64,000 nt of DNA. It comes from Candidatus Dormiibacterota bacterium. GTDB lineage: Bacteria; Chloroflexota; Dormibacteria; Aeolococcales; Aeolococcaceae. Position 1 is the first letter of the stretch. The number at the start of each line of letters is the position of its first letter. Both the position numbers and the translations under genes were made by a program. Below the pieces are notes generated by a model. It saw only the letters and a program-made list of their open reading frames with translations. It searched no databases and was not told where the DNA came from. This document shows, one piece after another, positions 39,442 to 48,932 of this stretch. The DNA lies in contig CAVPXI010000004.1 of assembly GCA_963709585.1 (NCBI GenBank), forward strand, positions 96,001 to 160,000, given 5' to 3'.

Positions 39442-40461
39442 CTACGTCATCTTCGTCCATGTGACGAGCTCGTCCGCCGGCATGGTGTTGATGACTATTT
39501 CGGCCAAAACACCGCAGGCGGCAGCGCGCTCGCACCCGCGAAGCTGCCACTCGAGCTGACCCGGCGCGTGTGCGTCGGTGTCGACGGCGAGCCGGCATCC
39601 GGTCTCGACCGCGAGCTTCAGCAGGCGCATCGGGGGATCGAGCCGTTCCGGACGTGAGTTGATCTCGACCGCGACGTGATGCTCGCGGCACGCCGCGAAG
39701 ACGGCGGCCGCGTCGAACTCCGACTCGGGTCTCCCTCGGCCGACGACGATGCGCCCGGTGCAATGGCCGAGGACGTCCATGTGCGGGTTGCGGATGGCGG
39801 TGAGCATCCTCGGTGTCATCTCCCTCTCCGGCATGCGGAGCTTCGAGTGCACGCTCGCCACCACGACGTCGAGCTGCGCGAGCAGGTCTGGCTCCTGATC
39901 GAGCGAGCCGTCGTCGAGGATGTCGACCTCGATGCCGGTCAGGATGCGAAACGGCGCGAGTCGTTCGTTGATGCCGCGCACGACGTCGAGTTGATCGCGG
40001 AGCCGCGCGGCGCTCAGCCCGCGGGCCACCGTGAGCCGCGGTGAGTGATCGGTGAGGACGATGTACTCGTGACCAAGGGCGATCGCGGTCCGAGCCATGT
40101 CCTCGATGGGGCTACCGCCGTCCGACCAGTCCGAGTGCACGTGGCAGTCACCGCGTAGTGCCCGTCGCAGCGCCAGGGCAGCCTCCGCAATGGGCGGGAC
40201 CTCCGTTTCGAGGCGTTGCAGGTACGCGGGTGTCGCCCCCGCCAGCGCCTCGGCGATGACCTGCGCGGTGACCGGGCCGATCCCCGCGAGGCCGTGCAAT
40301 GTGCGGCGCCTGCTCCGCTCCTCGAGGTCCGCATCTGGAAGCGCACGAACGACGGCGGCCGCGTTGCGAAAGGCACGCACGCGGTAGGTAGGTTCGCGCT
40401 CGCGTTCGAGGAGGTAGGCAATGCGCTCGAGAGCTGCGATAGCGTCGTCGCGGCTTGTCAA
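39442..40461 (-). CDS. PHP domain protein with PolX-type N-terminal HhH domain
   Basis: YRVRAFR.AA, GIGP, HVHSDWSDG, TDHS, GH, EINS...RLD, TDAH. Confidence 0.9.
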   Translation of the reverse strand: MTSRDDAIAALERIAYLLEREREPTYRVRAFRNAAAVVRALPDADLEERSRRRTLHGLAGIGPVTAQVIAEALAGATPAYLQRLETEVPPIAEAALALRRALRGDCHVHSDWSDGGSPIEDMARTAIALGHEYIVLTDHSPRLTVARGLSAARLRDQLDVVRGINERLAPFRILTGIEVDILDDGSLDQEPDLLAQLDVVVASVHSKLRMPEREMTPRMLTAIRNPHMDVLGHCTGRIVVGRGRPESEFDAAAVFAACREHHVAVEINSRPERLDPPMRLLKLAVETGCRLAVDTDAHAPGQLEWQLRGCERAAACGVLAEIVINTMPADELVTWTKMT

Positions 40462-40470
40462 CTTCGTGCC

Positions 40471-41169
40471 TTAGGCTTCCTTGCTCTCGGCCGCGCGCTG
40501 CTGCGCCTGCCCCCGACGCTGGGCCCGCTGACCGTACGCGATGGTGAGCACGAGTGTGAGCGCGAAGACGCCGAAGAAAAGCAGCGGCGAGACGACTAAC
40601 AAGAGTGTGGTGGAGAGGAGGAAGCTGAGGCCGGCACGAATCAGTGCGTCCGCGATAAATGCAATTCCCCACATGGCCGTCATCATCCGCATGGAGTGCC
40701 GAAAGCCCGGGTACTGCCAGAGGTCGGTCCAGACGTGCGATCGCTGCGGGTCACCGCCGGTGGCGAACTCCTGGATGATGTAGAACATGAGGGGGCGCGG
40801 GGCAAACAGGGAGCCGAGGAAGACCAGACCGGAGAGGCCCGTGAAGAATGACTCCTTGACGAACGTGAAGCGAGGAGTCCCCGAGATGAGGCTTGCGGCG
40901 GCACCCACGACGATGAAGAAGAGCGATATTGCCGCGATCACGTCGATGCGTCGGGCGCGCGCCAAATCCCAGGCGGTGTACCCCAGCGGGAACACCGCGC
41001 CGGCCACGAGCGCTGGGACGTCGGCGACGCCGCGTCCCTTGAGCACCACATACAGCAGGACTGGAAACCCGCCATTGATGACCAGGTTGGGGATGAGCGA
41101 GCGGAGCACCCTGGCTGCGGAAGGCTGCTCGAGCCCTCGGGGCGGACGATTCGGATCGGAGTCGGACAT
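40471..41169 (-). CDS. VC0807-like membrane protein
   Basis: KES..TG..G.VFLGSL...RPL, FR......T..WG; about 6 TM helices. Confidence 0.75.
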   Translation of the reverse strand: MSDSDPNRPPRGLEQPSAARVLRSLIPNLVINGGFPVLLYVVLKGRGVADVPALVAGAVFPLGYTAWDLARARRIDVIAAISLFFIVVGAAASLISGTPRFTFVKESFFTGLSGLVFLGSLFAPRPLMFYIIQEFATGGDPQRSHVWTDLWQYPGFRHSMRMMTAMWGIAFIADALIRAGLSFLLSTTLLLVVSPLLFFGVFALTLVLTIAYGQRAQRRGQAQQRAAESKEA

Positions 41170-41265
41170 GCTCTCGACGGTCAAGCCTGATGCGTATCGT
41201 CCGACATCGTCAGCCACGCGGGCAGACCGCTCAGGATTTTCTCGGTGTCGCACGATGAGGGGAAG

Positions 41266-41568
41266 GTGACGCTGATCGCAGAGGGCGCGACCGGTTCCAC
41301 GCTGACCCATCTCGATGGCGCGCTCAGTCATGTCGCCTATCCAGCCGACGAGCTCGCGACCATCGACCCGCTCGATAGCCGTCCGCTGCTCGCCCGCTAC
41401 GACCTCGAGCGCGCGGCGAGGACCCTGAGCGATCGGCAGCGCGACCTGCGCATGCCCATCCGTGGGGTCTGGCGATGGCATGAAGTGCTTCCGGTGCGTG
41501 AGTGGTCGAACGTCGTGACGCTGGGGGAGGGCTCGACCTGCTGGGTCCCGATCATGGTCGGCCGGTAG
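41266..41568 (+). pseudogene. thrC: Truncated threonine synthase N-terminal fragment
   Basis: PLLARYDL, WRWHEVLPV, VTLGEGST then breaks before the PLP lysine motif. Confidence 0.7.
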
Positions 41569-41826
41569 GGATGGTGCTGAGCCGCTTCGCCGAGCTACAT
41601 TCGCCCCGTGACGGGTTCGTTCGCGCCCCGGCGTTTTAACGCGCGGCCCAGCGGGCGTGGCATTTGCAACGGTTCGCATGCGCATGCAGGAACGGTCCGG
41701 TTGCGGCCGAGTGTGGCTCGCCACCGCGCATGACACCCTCGACCCCATGGAAAAGAAGAGCCGCGCGGGTGCCAGGGCTGCCGATGACTGCAAACCCGTG
41801 CGCATCAACACCGCCGGTGCGTCGGC

Positions 41827-43574
41827 GTGAGCACGGCCGGCTCGCCTGAACCGCCACCGCTTCCATCGCCCGCTGAGCCCTCCGCCTTGCAGCCGCCCGC
41901 GGCGGTGCCGGATAGCGACCAGGCACTCCCCACGCCTCGCCGCGAGCACTCGAAGGCGTTCCGGGCGGTCGCGGGTGGCGGGATCGCGGTTCTTGTGGCA
42001 GGCGGCGTCGCGGCGGCCGTACTCGCCTTCGGCTTCCTTCGCGGTACCGCTGAACTCGATGGTGTCGTTCGCTCCGAGCGACACGTCGGTTTATGTCAAT
42101 GTCGACCTCGAGCCGTCGGGTGGCCAGTTGCTGGCCCTCAACAGCATCCTCGGCAAGTTCCCCGGTCTGGGCGGTTCGTCGCGTGATGCGACGATCAACC
42201 ACTGGCTCGACAGCGCGCTGCAGTCCTCGGGGCTCTCTCACACCGACGTTCGCACCTGGCTCGGGTCGCAACTCTCCCTGATCATGTTGGGAAACCCCGG
42301 AGCCGTCACGCCGTCAGAGGTCTCGCTTCTGGCGAGCACCAATGACGCCTCTGCGCAGGCTATGTTCACCAAGTACAAGTCGGGGCCGGTCGGGCACACC
42401 CAACGCTGGACAGCGGCGACCTACGACGGCGTGACCGTCAATGTCGGACAGGACTCTTCGGCCGCCACGCAGGTATGGGCGATCACCGCCGGCACCGTCA
42501 TAGCGGGGACATCGGAGACGGCTGTCGACGAGGTCATCGACACCTCCCAGGGCAAACACGCGAACCTCCTGTCGACTGCCGACTACACGGCGGTGCAGGC
42601 GCAGCTTCCCAGTGATCGCCTCGCCTTCGTCTACCTCAACGTTCCCAGCCTTGATTCGCTGATCCCATCCGCAGCCTCCACGGCGAGTGTGACATCGGCC
42701 CTGAACGGATACGGAGGAATCGGAGAGGCGGTCGTCGCTTCGTCATCGGGGATCACGGTGTCCGGCACCATCGACTACGACGCCGCCAAGCTCAGCGCTG
42801 CGGCGCGCGCAATGCTCGGCGTGCCAGGCTCACGCGAACGGCGCACTTGCCTACGTGCCCGCGCATGCCCTGGGTTTCCTCACGCTGGTCGGTCTTCCTC
42901 AGATCCTGAAGAGTGTCGTCTCCCTGGCCGGCCCGAGCATCGGCTCGTCTGCGAGCCAGGCGTTGCAACAGCTTGGCATCACCGGGTCGTCGGGCATCAT
43001 CAATCACCTCACCGGTGACGCCGGTATCGAAGTAGAGCAGACGCAAGGAGCGCAGGTGCCCTCGGGCGCGCTGCTCATCGGGACGAATTCGTCTGCGGCC
43101 GCGCAGACCTTCCTCGACGGGTTGACGAGCGCCGCCTGCTCCGCGGCGGGCGCCTGCGGCTCGTCCACCGTGACCCGCCAGACCTATCAGGGTGTGACCA
43201 TCTCCACGATCGCCATCCCCAACGTCACCGCCTCCGAGCTCGGCCCGTCGTACGCGGTCGACGACGGCTGGGTGATCGTTGCGTCGACAGCCGCCGAGGT
43301 GCGCGCGGTGATCGATGCCAAACGCTCCGGCAACATCACCACCTCACCGCAGTACCGGGTCGTTGCCGGCCAGGTCGGCGCGAGCAATGACGGCATGTTC
43401 TATCTCAACGTGCAGGCGATCGTCGCCGCTGTGCGCACGGTGCTCCCGGCGGATTTCCGCGTCTACTTCGATCAACAGGTTGCTCCCTATCTGACGCCGA
43501 TACAGGCGATAGGGAGCAGTGCGCAGTTCTTCAAAGACCATGTGGCCACTTCGGAGTTCGTACTGATTCGGTAG
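41827..43574 (+). CDS. DUF3352-like membrane-anchored protein (frameshifts at ~42045 and 42826)
   Basis: Pro-rich N-terminus plus TM; P.DT.VY, WLG, two similar halves (TY.GVT...); three consecutive frames. Confidence 0.7.
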
Positions 43575-43615
43575 GCGCTTGTGTTGAGCGCCGCTGACTA
43601 CAGCGGCCGAGGAAC

Positions 43616-43834
43616 TCACGTCGACGAGCGCATGGGGGCGCCAGCGATGCGGCGACGGCACACGGTGTGTTGAATGTAATCCGGGGTGGGAAGTTTCACC
43701 GCCAGCCGGCAGCGGGCCGCACCCGGAAAGCCACCGTGTTGCGAAACCGGGAGGTAGTAGCGGCACCCGGTCACCGTTTCCTCTGAATACGGGCACGAAC
43801 CAAGCGCGTCGCTGAGATCGATGCCTTTGGCCAT
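43616..43834 (-). CDS. Small protein with four Cys
   Basis: AGAGGAG RBS, ATG, 72 aa filling an otherwise empty gap. Confidence 0.55.
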   Translation of the reverse strand: MAKGIDLSDALGSCPYSEETVTGCRYYLPVSQHGGFPGAARCRLAVKLPTPDYIQHTVCRRRIAGAPMRSST

Positions 43835-43923
43835 GTCTCCTCTGATGTGGTCTGCCTATGTCCGCTATTCATGCTCGGCGTTGGGGACTGCGGCCGCCAG
43901 TGCCGTTGGTCCTCAAGTTGGCA

Positions 43924-44274
43924 TCACCCGGTCGCGATCGCGCGGAGCGCGAAAAGCATCGTCAGTACCGCGCCTCCGACCAGCCAGACCCGTGCCTCAC
44001 GAGCCCCCAACCGCTTCCCGATCGTCATCGCGACTGGTAGCGTCAGTAACGTCGCTGCACCATAGAGCCAGTGAAGGAATTGATGGGGGCGCTCGCCGGT
44101 CGCGACCAGCACGATCCCGATCGCGACCTGAACCGCCGCCAGCACGATCGTCGCGCGGAGATACAGACGGACAATCGGGAGAATTCGGGGACGGAACAGG
44201 CCGACGATCGCGGCGAATGCCCCAACCGCAGCTAGAATCGTCAGTACGAAACCGTACCGATCGTGGATCAGCAC
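43924..44274 (-). CDS. Small 4-TM membrane protein
   Basis: H near N-terminus, Q...G, HWLYG, RA..TG end; TACCAT 7 nt before GTG. Confidence 0.72.
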   Translation of the reverse strand: MLIHDRYGFVLTILAAVGAFAAIVGLFRPRILPIVRLYLRATIVLAAVQVAIGIVLVATGERPHQFLHWLYGAATLLTLPVAMTIGKRLGAREARVWLVGGAVLTMLFALRAIATG

Positions 44275-44436
44275 GGCGGCTATGGTATCGGGACGGTGGG
44301 ACACCTCAGTAGAGGCCATTTGTCACATCCAGCGCTGGCCGAGGTCACCCTATTCCGCGACCTCGTGCCCTGTGAATCCGTGGGCGGGACCACGCACACT
44401 CCCGTTTGACACTCCAACGAAACACGGAGGCTGCCA

Positions 44437-44586
44437 ATGGACGCGCCGGCTCCCTACATTCACTGGGGCTTCATCCTCATCTCGCTGCCGAATTTCGTCC
44501 TCATCTGCGTGATGGTGTTGCTCTTCGTGCTCGCACTCGTTGCGCCGTTCCCATCCCATCGTCCGAAGAAGCCGCGTGATGAGTAG
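44437..44586 (+). CDS. 49-aa single-TM protein (absent from the ORF track)
   Basis: GGAGG RBS; MDAPAPYIHWGFILISLPNFVLICVMVLLFVLALVAPFP...; stop overlaps the cytochrome b ATG. Confidence 0.75.
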   Translation: MDAPAPYIHWGFILISLPNFVLICVMVLLFVLALVAPFPSHRPKKPRDE

Positions 44587-45256
44587 CGACACCGCACCGG
44601 AACCCATCGACCGGGTGGCCCCGCCCACTCCGTCCGCAGCGGACGATGAAACGGGCTGGACGGCGTCCATTCGCCGAAGGGTCGAAAAGACGCTGCCCAT
44701 CACCGAATTGCTGCCCACGAAGCAGCCGGCGTACATCGGTTCGTGGGTCTACATCTTTGGCGTCGTGACCATCGCCGCTCTGTTCTGGTTGGTCATCAGC
44801 GGGGTGGTGCTCGCGTTCTTCGGATCCGCGTGGTGGCACGTATCATCCGTCGGCCACTTCTTCAACAGCACTCATTTCTGGTCCGTCCAGATGTTCTTCA
44901 TCTTCATGGTGCTTCATCTCTGGGGACAGTTTTGGGGAGCCGGCTGGCGCGACGGGAGAGCCAAGACTTGGATGGTGGGCGTTGTCATCTTCAGTGTCAG
45001 CGTCGGCACCGCCTTCACGGGATATGTCATCCAGCAGAACTTCGACTCCCAGTGGATCGCCATCAATGCCAAGGACGCCATCAACTCGACGGGGTTCGGG
45101 GGACTATTCAACGCACTCAACTTCGGTCAGATGTACGGGCTGCACGTGATGCTGATGCCGATCGGGATTACCCTTCTGGTGGTGCTGCACGTCATCCAGG
45201 TGCGGGCGAAAGGCGTGGTCCGGCCGATCGACGATCCGATGCAGGTGGCGCCGTGA
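44579..45256 (+). CDS. Cytochrome b/b6 N-terminal-domain protein (4 TM)
   Basis: H-x13-H and H-x14-H heme pairs, SG..LA, W..G, FTGY. Confidence 0.9.
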   Translation: MSSDTAPEPIDRVAPPTPSAADDETGWTASIRRRVEKTLPITELLPTKQPAYIGSWVYIFGVVTIAALFWLVISGVVLAFFGSAWWHVSSVGHFFNSTHFWSVQMFFIFMVLHLWGQFWGAGWRDGRAKTWMVGVVIFSVSVGTAFTGYVIQQNFDSQWIAINAKDAINSTGFGGLFNALNFGQMYGLHVMLMPIGITLLVVLHVIQVRAKGVVRPIDDPMQVAP

Positions 45257-46260
45257 AAGCGTCCAAAGTCGACAAGAAGACCTACTACCGCGGAATCGCC
45301 ATGATGCCCTACGACCTCCTCAAGGAGGTCACTTTCGCCACGCTTGGCATCCTGGCGGTCGTCCTCATTCTTTCAGCGGTGCTCTCATCACCTGACGTGC
45401 CATCGGTGACGCTACAGAGCTGGTCGAAGGCGAACCCGGTGGATTTCCTCACGACCGCCTCGGGCGAGCTGTCCGGTTCCACGATCGTCGCCGGATACGG
45501 ACCGCCCTACAACTCGGGCAGCGGATCGGTGCAGAGCTGGGGCCCGCTGTCGCCGCAGTCGTGGGCCGGCGTGCACATTCCGATCAATGCCCCCAACGAC
45601 TTCGTGCTTCAGCCGCTCACACAGGCAACCGCCGGGGATTCGGGGCTTGCCTTGGCGTTGACCGCATACAACACGGCGTCGGGCGATCAGCAGCAGAAAT
45701 GGCTCACCAACTACACCACCGGTCTCGGTACGGCGACCGTTGCGGCGGACGGAACCGTGACTGTCCCATCCGGGGACTACGGCCCGGTGTCGGTGCTCAT
45801 GGATCGCATGCTCACGCTGGCCAGATCAGGCGGCCTGGACGCGCTGCTCCTCACGAGCGACCACTTCTATCAGACGGATTTCTCGCGCGCTCTGCTATTC
45901 CTCGATGATGGCGGCTACATCGCAGATCTCGCCACCCAGCAGAAGCTCATCGGCAGTGACTGGGGGGTCATGAACGAGACCGGACGCTACCCGGGTTCAG
46001 CGTGGCTCTGGCTCTATACGATGTGGTACCAGGTTCCACCCTTCAACTCGTCCACCGGATTCCTCGGCATCAGCTCTGCGAACACCGACCTGGCAGTGGT
46101 CGGGGTGATGCTCCTGCTGACCGCTCTGCTCCTGTTGGTGCCCTTCATCCCAGGTCTGCGCGACATCCCCCGCTGGATTCCGATTCACCGGTTGATCTGG
46201 CGGCGTCATTACGCGGACATGAGGCGGCAGGCGGCCGCGAGTGTCCAGGACGCGCCGTGA
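45253..46260 (+). CDS. Cytochrome b partner (subunit-IV-like ends, large external domain)
   Basis: GTGA coupling; YDLLKE+TM, PGSAWLWLYTMWYQVPP, TM+PFIPG. Confidence 0.7.
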   Translation: MKASKVDKKTYYRGIAMMPYDLLKEVTFATLGILAVVLILSAVLSSPDVPSVTLQSWSKANPVDFLTTASGELSGSTIVAGYGPPYNSGSGSVQSWGPLSPQSWAGVHIPINAPNDFVLQPLTQATAGDSGLALALTAYNTASGDQQQKWLTNYTTGLGTATVAADGTVTVPSGDYGPVSVLMDRMLTLARSGGLDALLLTSDHFYQTDFSRALLFLDDGGYIADLATQQKLIGSDWGVMNETGRYPGSAWLWLYTMWYQVPPFNSSTGFLGISSANTDLAVVGVMLLLTALLLLVPFIPGLRDIPRWIPIHRLIWRRHYADMRRQAAASVQDAP

Positions 46261-46272
46261 GAGCTGATCCGA

Positions 46273-46752
46273 TCAGTGGCGGCGGCGGACTCCACGAGTT
46301 GGGGCGACAAACACCATGGCGCAGTAGATGATCGCCGCGATGGCCACGTGCATCGCCATCAGCACTGCGACCGCCGCCGCCGGCGCGCCCCTGGTGAGGA
46401 GCCACGCGTCGGGCAGGAAGAGCGCCAGGCTGATCAGGATTGTGAGCCGGCCGTAGAGCCAGCGCGGCGCGGAACTGATGCGGGTGAGCACGGGCCACCC
46501 CGCAGCGCCGATCAGGACGCCGATGATGGTGAGCTTCGCGTAGTCGTCGAAGCGGAAATGCCCGTATCCGGCGATGCCGGGAACGATGCGCGTGCCGGCG
46601 GCGACGAGGATCGCGTCGGCGGCGAGCGCGCCGATCATGGCGATCACGGTCGCGACGACCAGCCGCGCCGGCGTGGGCTGGCGATGGGAAGGAGCCCAGT
46701 CAACGCGAGCGATTGCCAGGGTGCGATCGATCAACGGAGTCTCTGCCCTCAC
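46273..46752 (-). CDS. Small membrane protein (4 TM)
   Basis: Hydrophobic pattern, LMAMH motif. Confidence 0.65.
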   Translation of the reverse strand: MRAETPLIDRTLAIARVDWAPSHRQPTPARLVVATVIAMIGALAADAILVAAGTRIVPGIAGYGHFRFDDYAKLTIIGVLIGAAGWPVLTRISSAPRWLYGRLTILISLALFLPDAWLLTRGAPAAAVAVLMAMHVAIAAIIYCAMVFVAPTRGVRRRH

Positions 46753-46857
46753 ACCGGCAGCCTATCGCTCGTTCCCTTGCAGAACGGTGAAGGCATGGTC
46801 CCGGAGTAGGCTCAGTTCGCGTGTGCCAGCCTCATCCTTCCCCGATCATGTTCCTCG

Positions 46858-47532
46858 ATGCGTGTCCTCGTCGCTGAAGACGACGCGAAGCTGCGCGAGG
46901 TCCTCTCACGAGGGCTGCGCTCCGCCGGTTACACGGTGGATGTCGCCGCGCGAGGCGATGAGGCGCTCGACCTGCTGCTGCTGAATCGCTATGCGGCGGC
47001 AGTGATCGACTGGCGCATGCCGGTCATGGATGGCATCGACGTGGTGTCCACGATCCGATCACGAAATCTGTCCACCCCGGTGCTCATGCTCACCGCGCGC
47101 GACACGCCGTCGGACCGCATTCGCGGTCTCGACGCCGGGTGTGACGACTACCTGGTCAAACCGTTTGATTTCCAGGAGATGCTCGCCCGTCTCAGAGCCC
47201 TGATGCGACGCCCCTCAGCGACACTCGGCGTGCGTCTCCGCGCCGGGGGGTTAAGCATCGATCCGGCGACACGGCTCGCATCGGTGAACGGCGCCGCGCT
47301 CGCGCTGACGCCGACCGAGTACGCGATCGTCGAGCTGCTGGTGCGACGGAGCCCGGCGGCGGTGAGCCGCGACACCATCGCAAACCACGCGTGGACCGAC
47401 GCCCTCGACCCGATTGCATCCAACAGCATCGATGTGCATGTCACCAGGCTGCGCGCCAAGCTGGTCGGCGCGGGGCTCCGGTTGGAAGCCGTCCGCAGCG
47501 TCGGATACCGGCTCGTGGAGCGGAGTCCGTGA
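46858..47532 (+). CDS. OmpR-family response regulator
   Basis: AEDD, DWRMP..DG, LTAR, DDYLVKPF, VHVTRLR.KL, R.VGY. Confidence 0.95.
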   Translation: MRVLVAEDDAKLREVLSRGLRSAGYTVDVAARGDEALDLLLLNRYAAAVIDWRMPVMDGIDVVSTIRSRNLSTPVLMLTARDTPSDRIRGLDAGCDDYLVKPFDFQEMLARLRALMRRPSATLGVRLRAGGLSIDPATRLASVNGAALALTPTEYAIVELLVRRSPAAVSRDTIANHAWTDALDPIASNSIDVHVTRLRAKLVGAGLRLEAVRSVGYRLVERSP

Positions 47533-48752
47533 ACACGCGCTTGAGCAGACATGCACTGCGCATCGCTCTGATCACCACCTTGGCGGTCGCCGGCGTCATG
47601 GTCGCGCTGTGCATCGCGATCGATGTGATCGTCGCTGAGTCATTGCGCTCATCGGCCACCACTCGCCTCACCACCGAGCTCACGCAGCTGGCGCACAAGC
47701 CGGGCGGACAGAACCTTGCGGAGCCCGACGTCGATGACCCCGTGCTGGTCTGGAATGTGAGCAACGCGGGCGCGATCCTTGCGTCAACTCCCGGTGCACC
47801 GGCGCTGCCCGCACGCGAGCTCAACGCAACCGCACCCTCGGAGACAAGCATCGCCGGCGCCGACGTTCTGGTGGCCGGCGTGGGAACTCCGACCGGCAGG
47901 CTCATCGGCGCCGTGAGTCTCGGCAACGAGTCGAAAGCGCTCACAGCGCTCACGATCACCGAGGCGATCGTCGGACCGGTCCTGCTCGTTCTGGTGTTTG
48001 CGGGCGCGTTCGTTGTGGGACGGCAGACCGCAGGACCGATCGAACGGGCACGGCGGCGCCAACTCGAATTCACCGCCGACGCATCCCACGAGCTGCGCAC
48101 GCCGCTGGCGGTGATCGAAGCGGAGACGTCACTCGCCCTCGCGAACCTCGAGAGCGGTGGCGCCGACGATGCGACGCTCCGCCAAGTCGCGGACGAGACC
48201 CACCGGATGCGCAGAATCGTCGAGGATCTTCTTTGGCTCGCTCGCTTCGACGCGGTGCCCCCCGACCCGGTCACCGAGCCCGTCGATCTCACCACTGCCG
48301 CGACGGTCGGGGCTCAGCGGTTCGTCCCGATCGCCGAGCACGCGCGGCTGCATCTCGAGCATCGCAGCGACGGAGCGGCGCTCGCCCTCGTCGACGCTCC
48401 CGCGGACTGGATCGACCGCCTCATCGGCGTGCTGCTCGACAACGCGTGCCGGTATACACCGCCGGACGGCACCGTGAGCATCTCGGCGGTGCGCGAGCGC
48501 GACCATGTCCGCCTGACCGTGAGTGACACCGGTCCCGGCATCCCGGCAGAGCGGCGCGCCCGGATCTTCGAGCGGTTTCGCCGCGGCACCAGCGAAGGCG
48601 ACGGCGCCGGGCTCGGCCTGGCGATCGGCAATGCGATCGTGGAGGCGACCAAGGGCCGCTGGCAGATCACCGGCGTGCCCGGCGGCGGTACGTCAGTCGG
48701 GGTCGTCTGGCCGGTTTCGCGCGCCCGGATCGTCGATCAGATCCACCCGTAG
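47529..48752 (+). CDS. Sensor histidine kinase
   Basis: 2 TM, DASHELRTP, LLDNA, DTGPGI, GAGLGL. Confidence 0.95.
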   Translation: MNTRLSRHALRIALITTLAVAGVMVALCIAIDVIVAESLRSSATTRLTTELTQLAHKPGGQNLAEPDVDDPVLVWNVSNAGAILASTPGAPALPARELNATAPSETSIAGADVLVAGVGTPTGRLIGAVSLGNESKALTALTITEAIVGPVLLVLVFAGAFVVGRQTAGPIERARRRQLEFTADASHELRTPLAVIEAETSLALANLESGGADDATLRQVADETHRMRRIVEDLLWLARFDAVPPDPVTEPVDLTTAATVGAQRFVPIAEHARLHLEHRSDGAALALVDAPADWIDRLIGVLLDNACRYTPPDGTVSISAVRERDHVRLTVSDTGPGIPAERRARIFERFRRGTSEGDGAGLGLAIGNAIVEATKGRWQITGVPGGGTSVGVVWPVSRARIVDQIHP

Positions 48753-48932
48753 GGCGGAGCGGGGACACTCATCGACCGCACGACGGGCGTGCTCAAGCAC
48801 GTCATCGGACAGCGCGCGCAAGTCGATGATCGGGTATCCCCAGTCGTCCATCCGGATGCGTTCAGGGAACAGCTCGCCGCACATGCCGTGCGCCTTGCAC
48901 TTGATTGGATCGACGCGCAGGCGGACCCTCAC
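48693..48932 (-). CDS. Ferredoxin (CxxHxxC...CP, 3Fe-4S type)
   Basis: VDPIKCKAHGMC, DDWGYP, ECP; GTGA coupling. Confidence 0.88.
   Translation of the reverse strand: MRVRLRVDPIKCKAHGMCGELFPERIRMDDWGYPIIDLRALSDDVLEHARRAVDECPRSALRVDLIDDPGARNRPDDPD

Noticed and set aside
41170-42084. N-terminal 300 aa of ORF 40471-42084
   Set aside because: Antisense to the thrC remnant and the DUF3352-like gene; low-complexity translation
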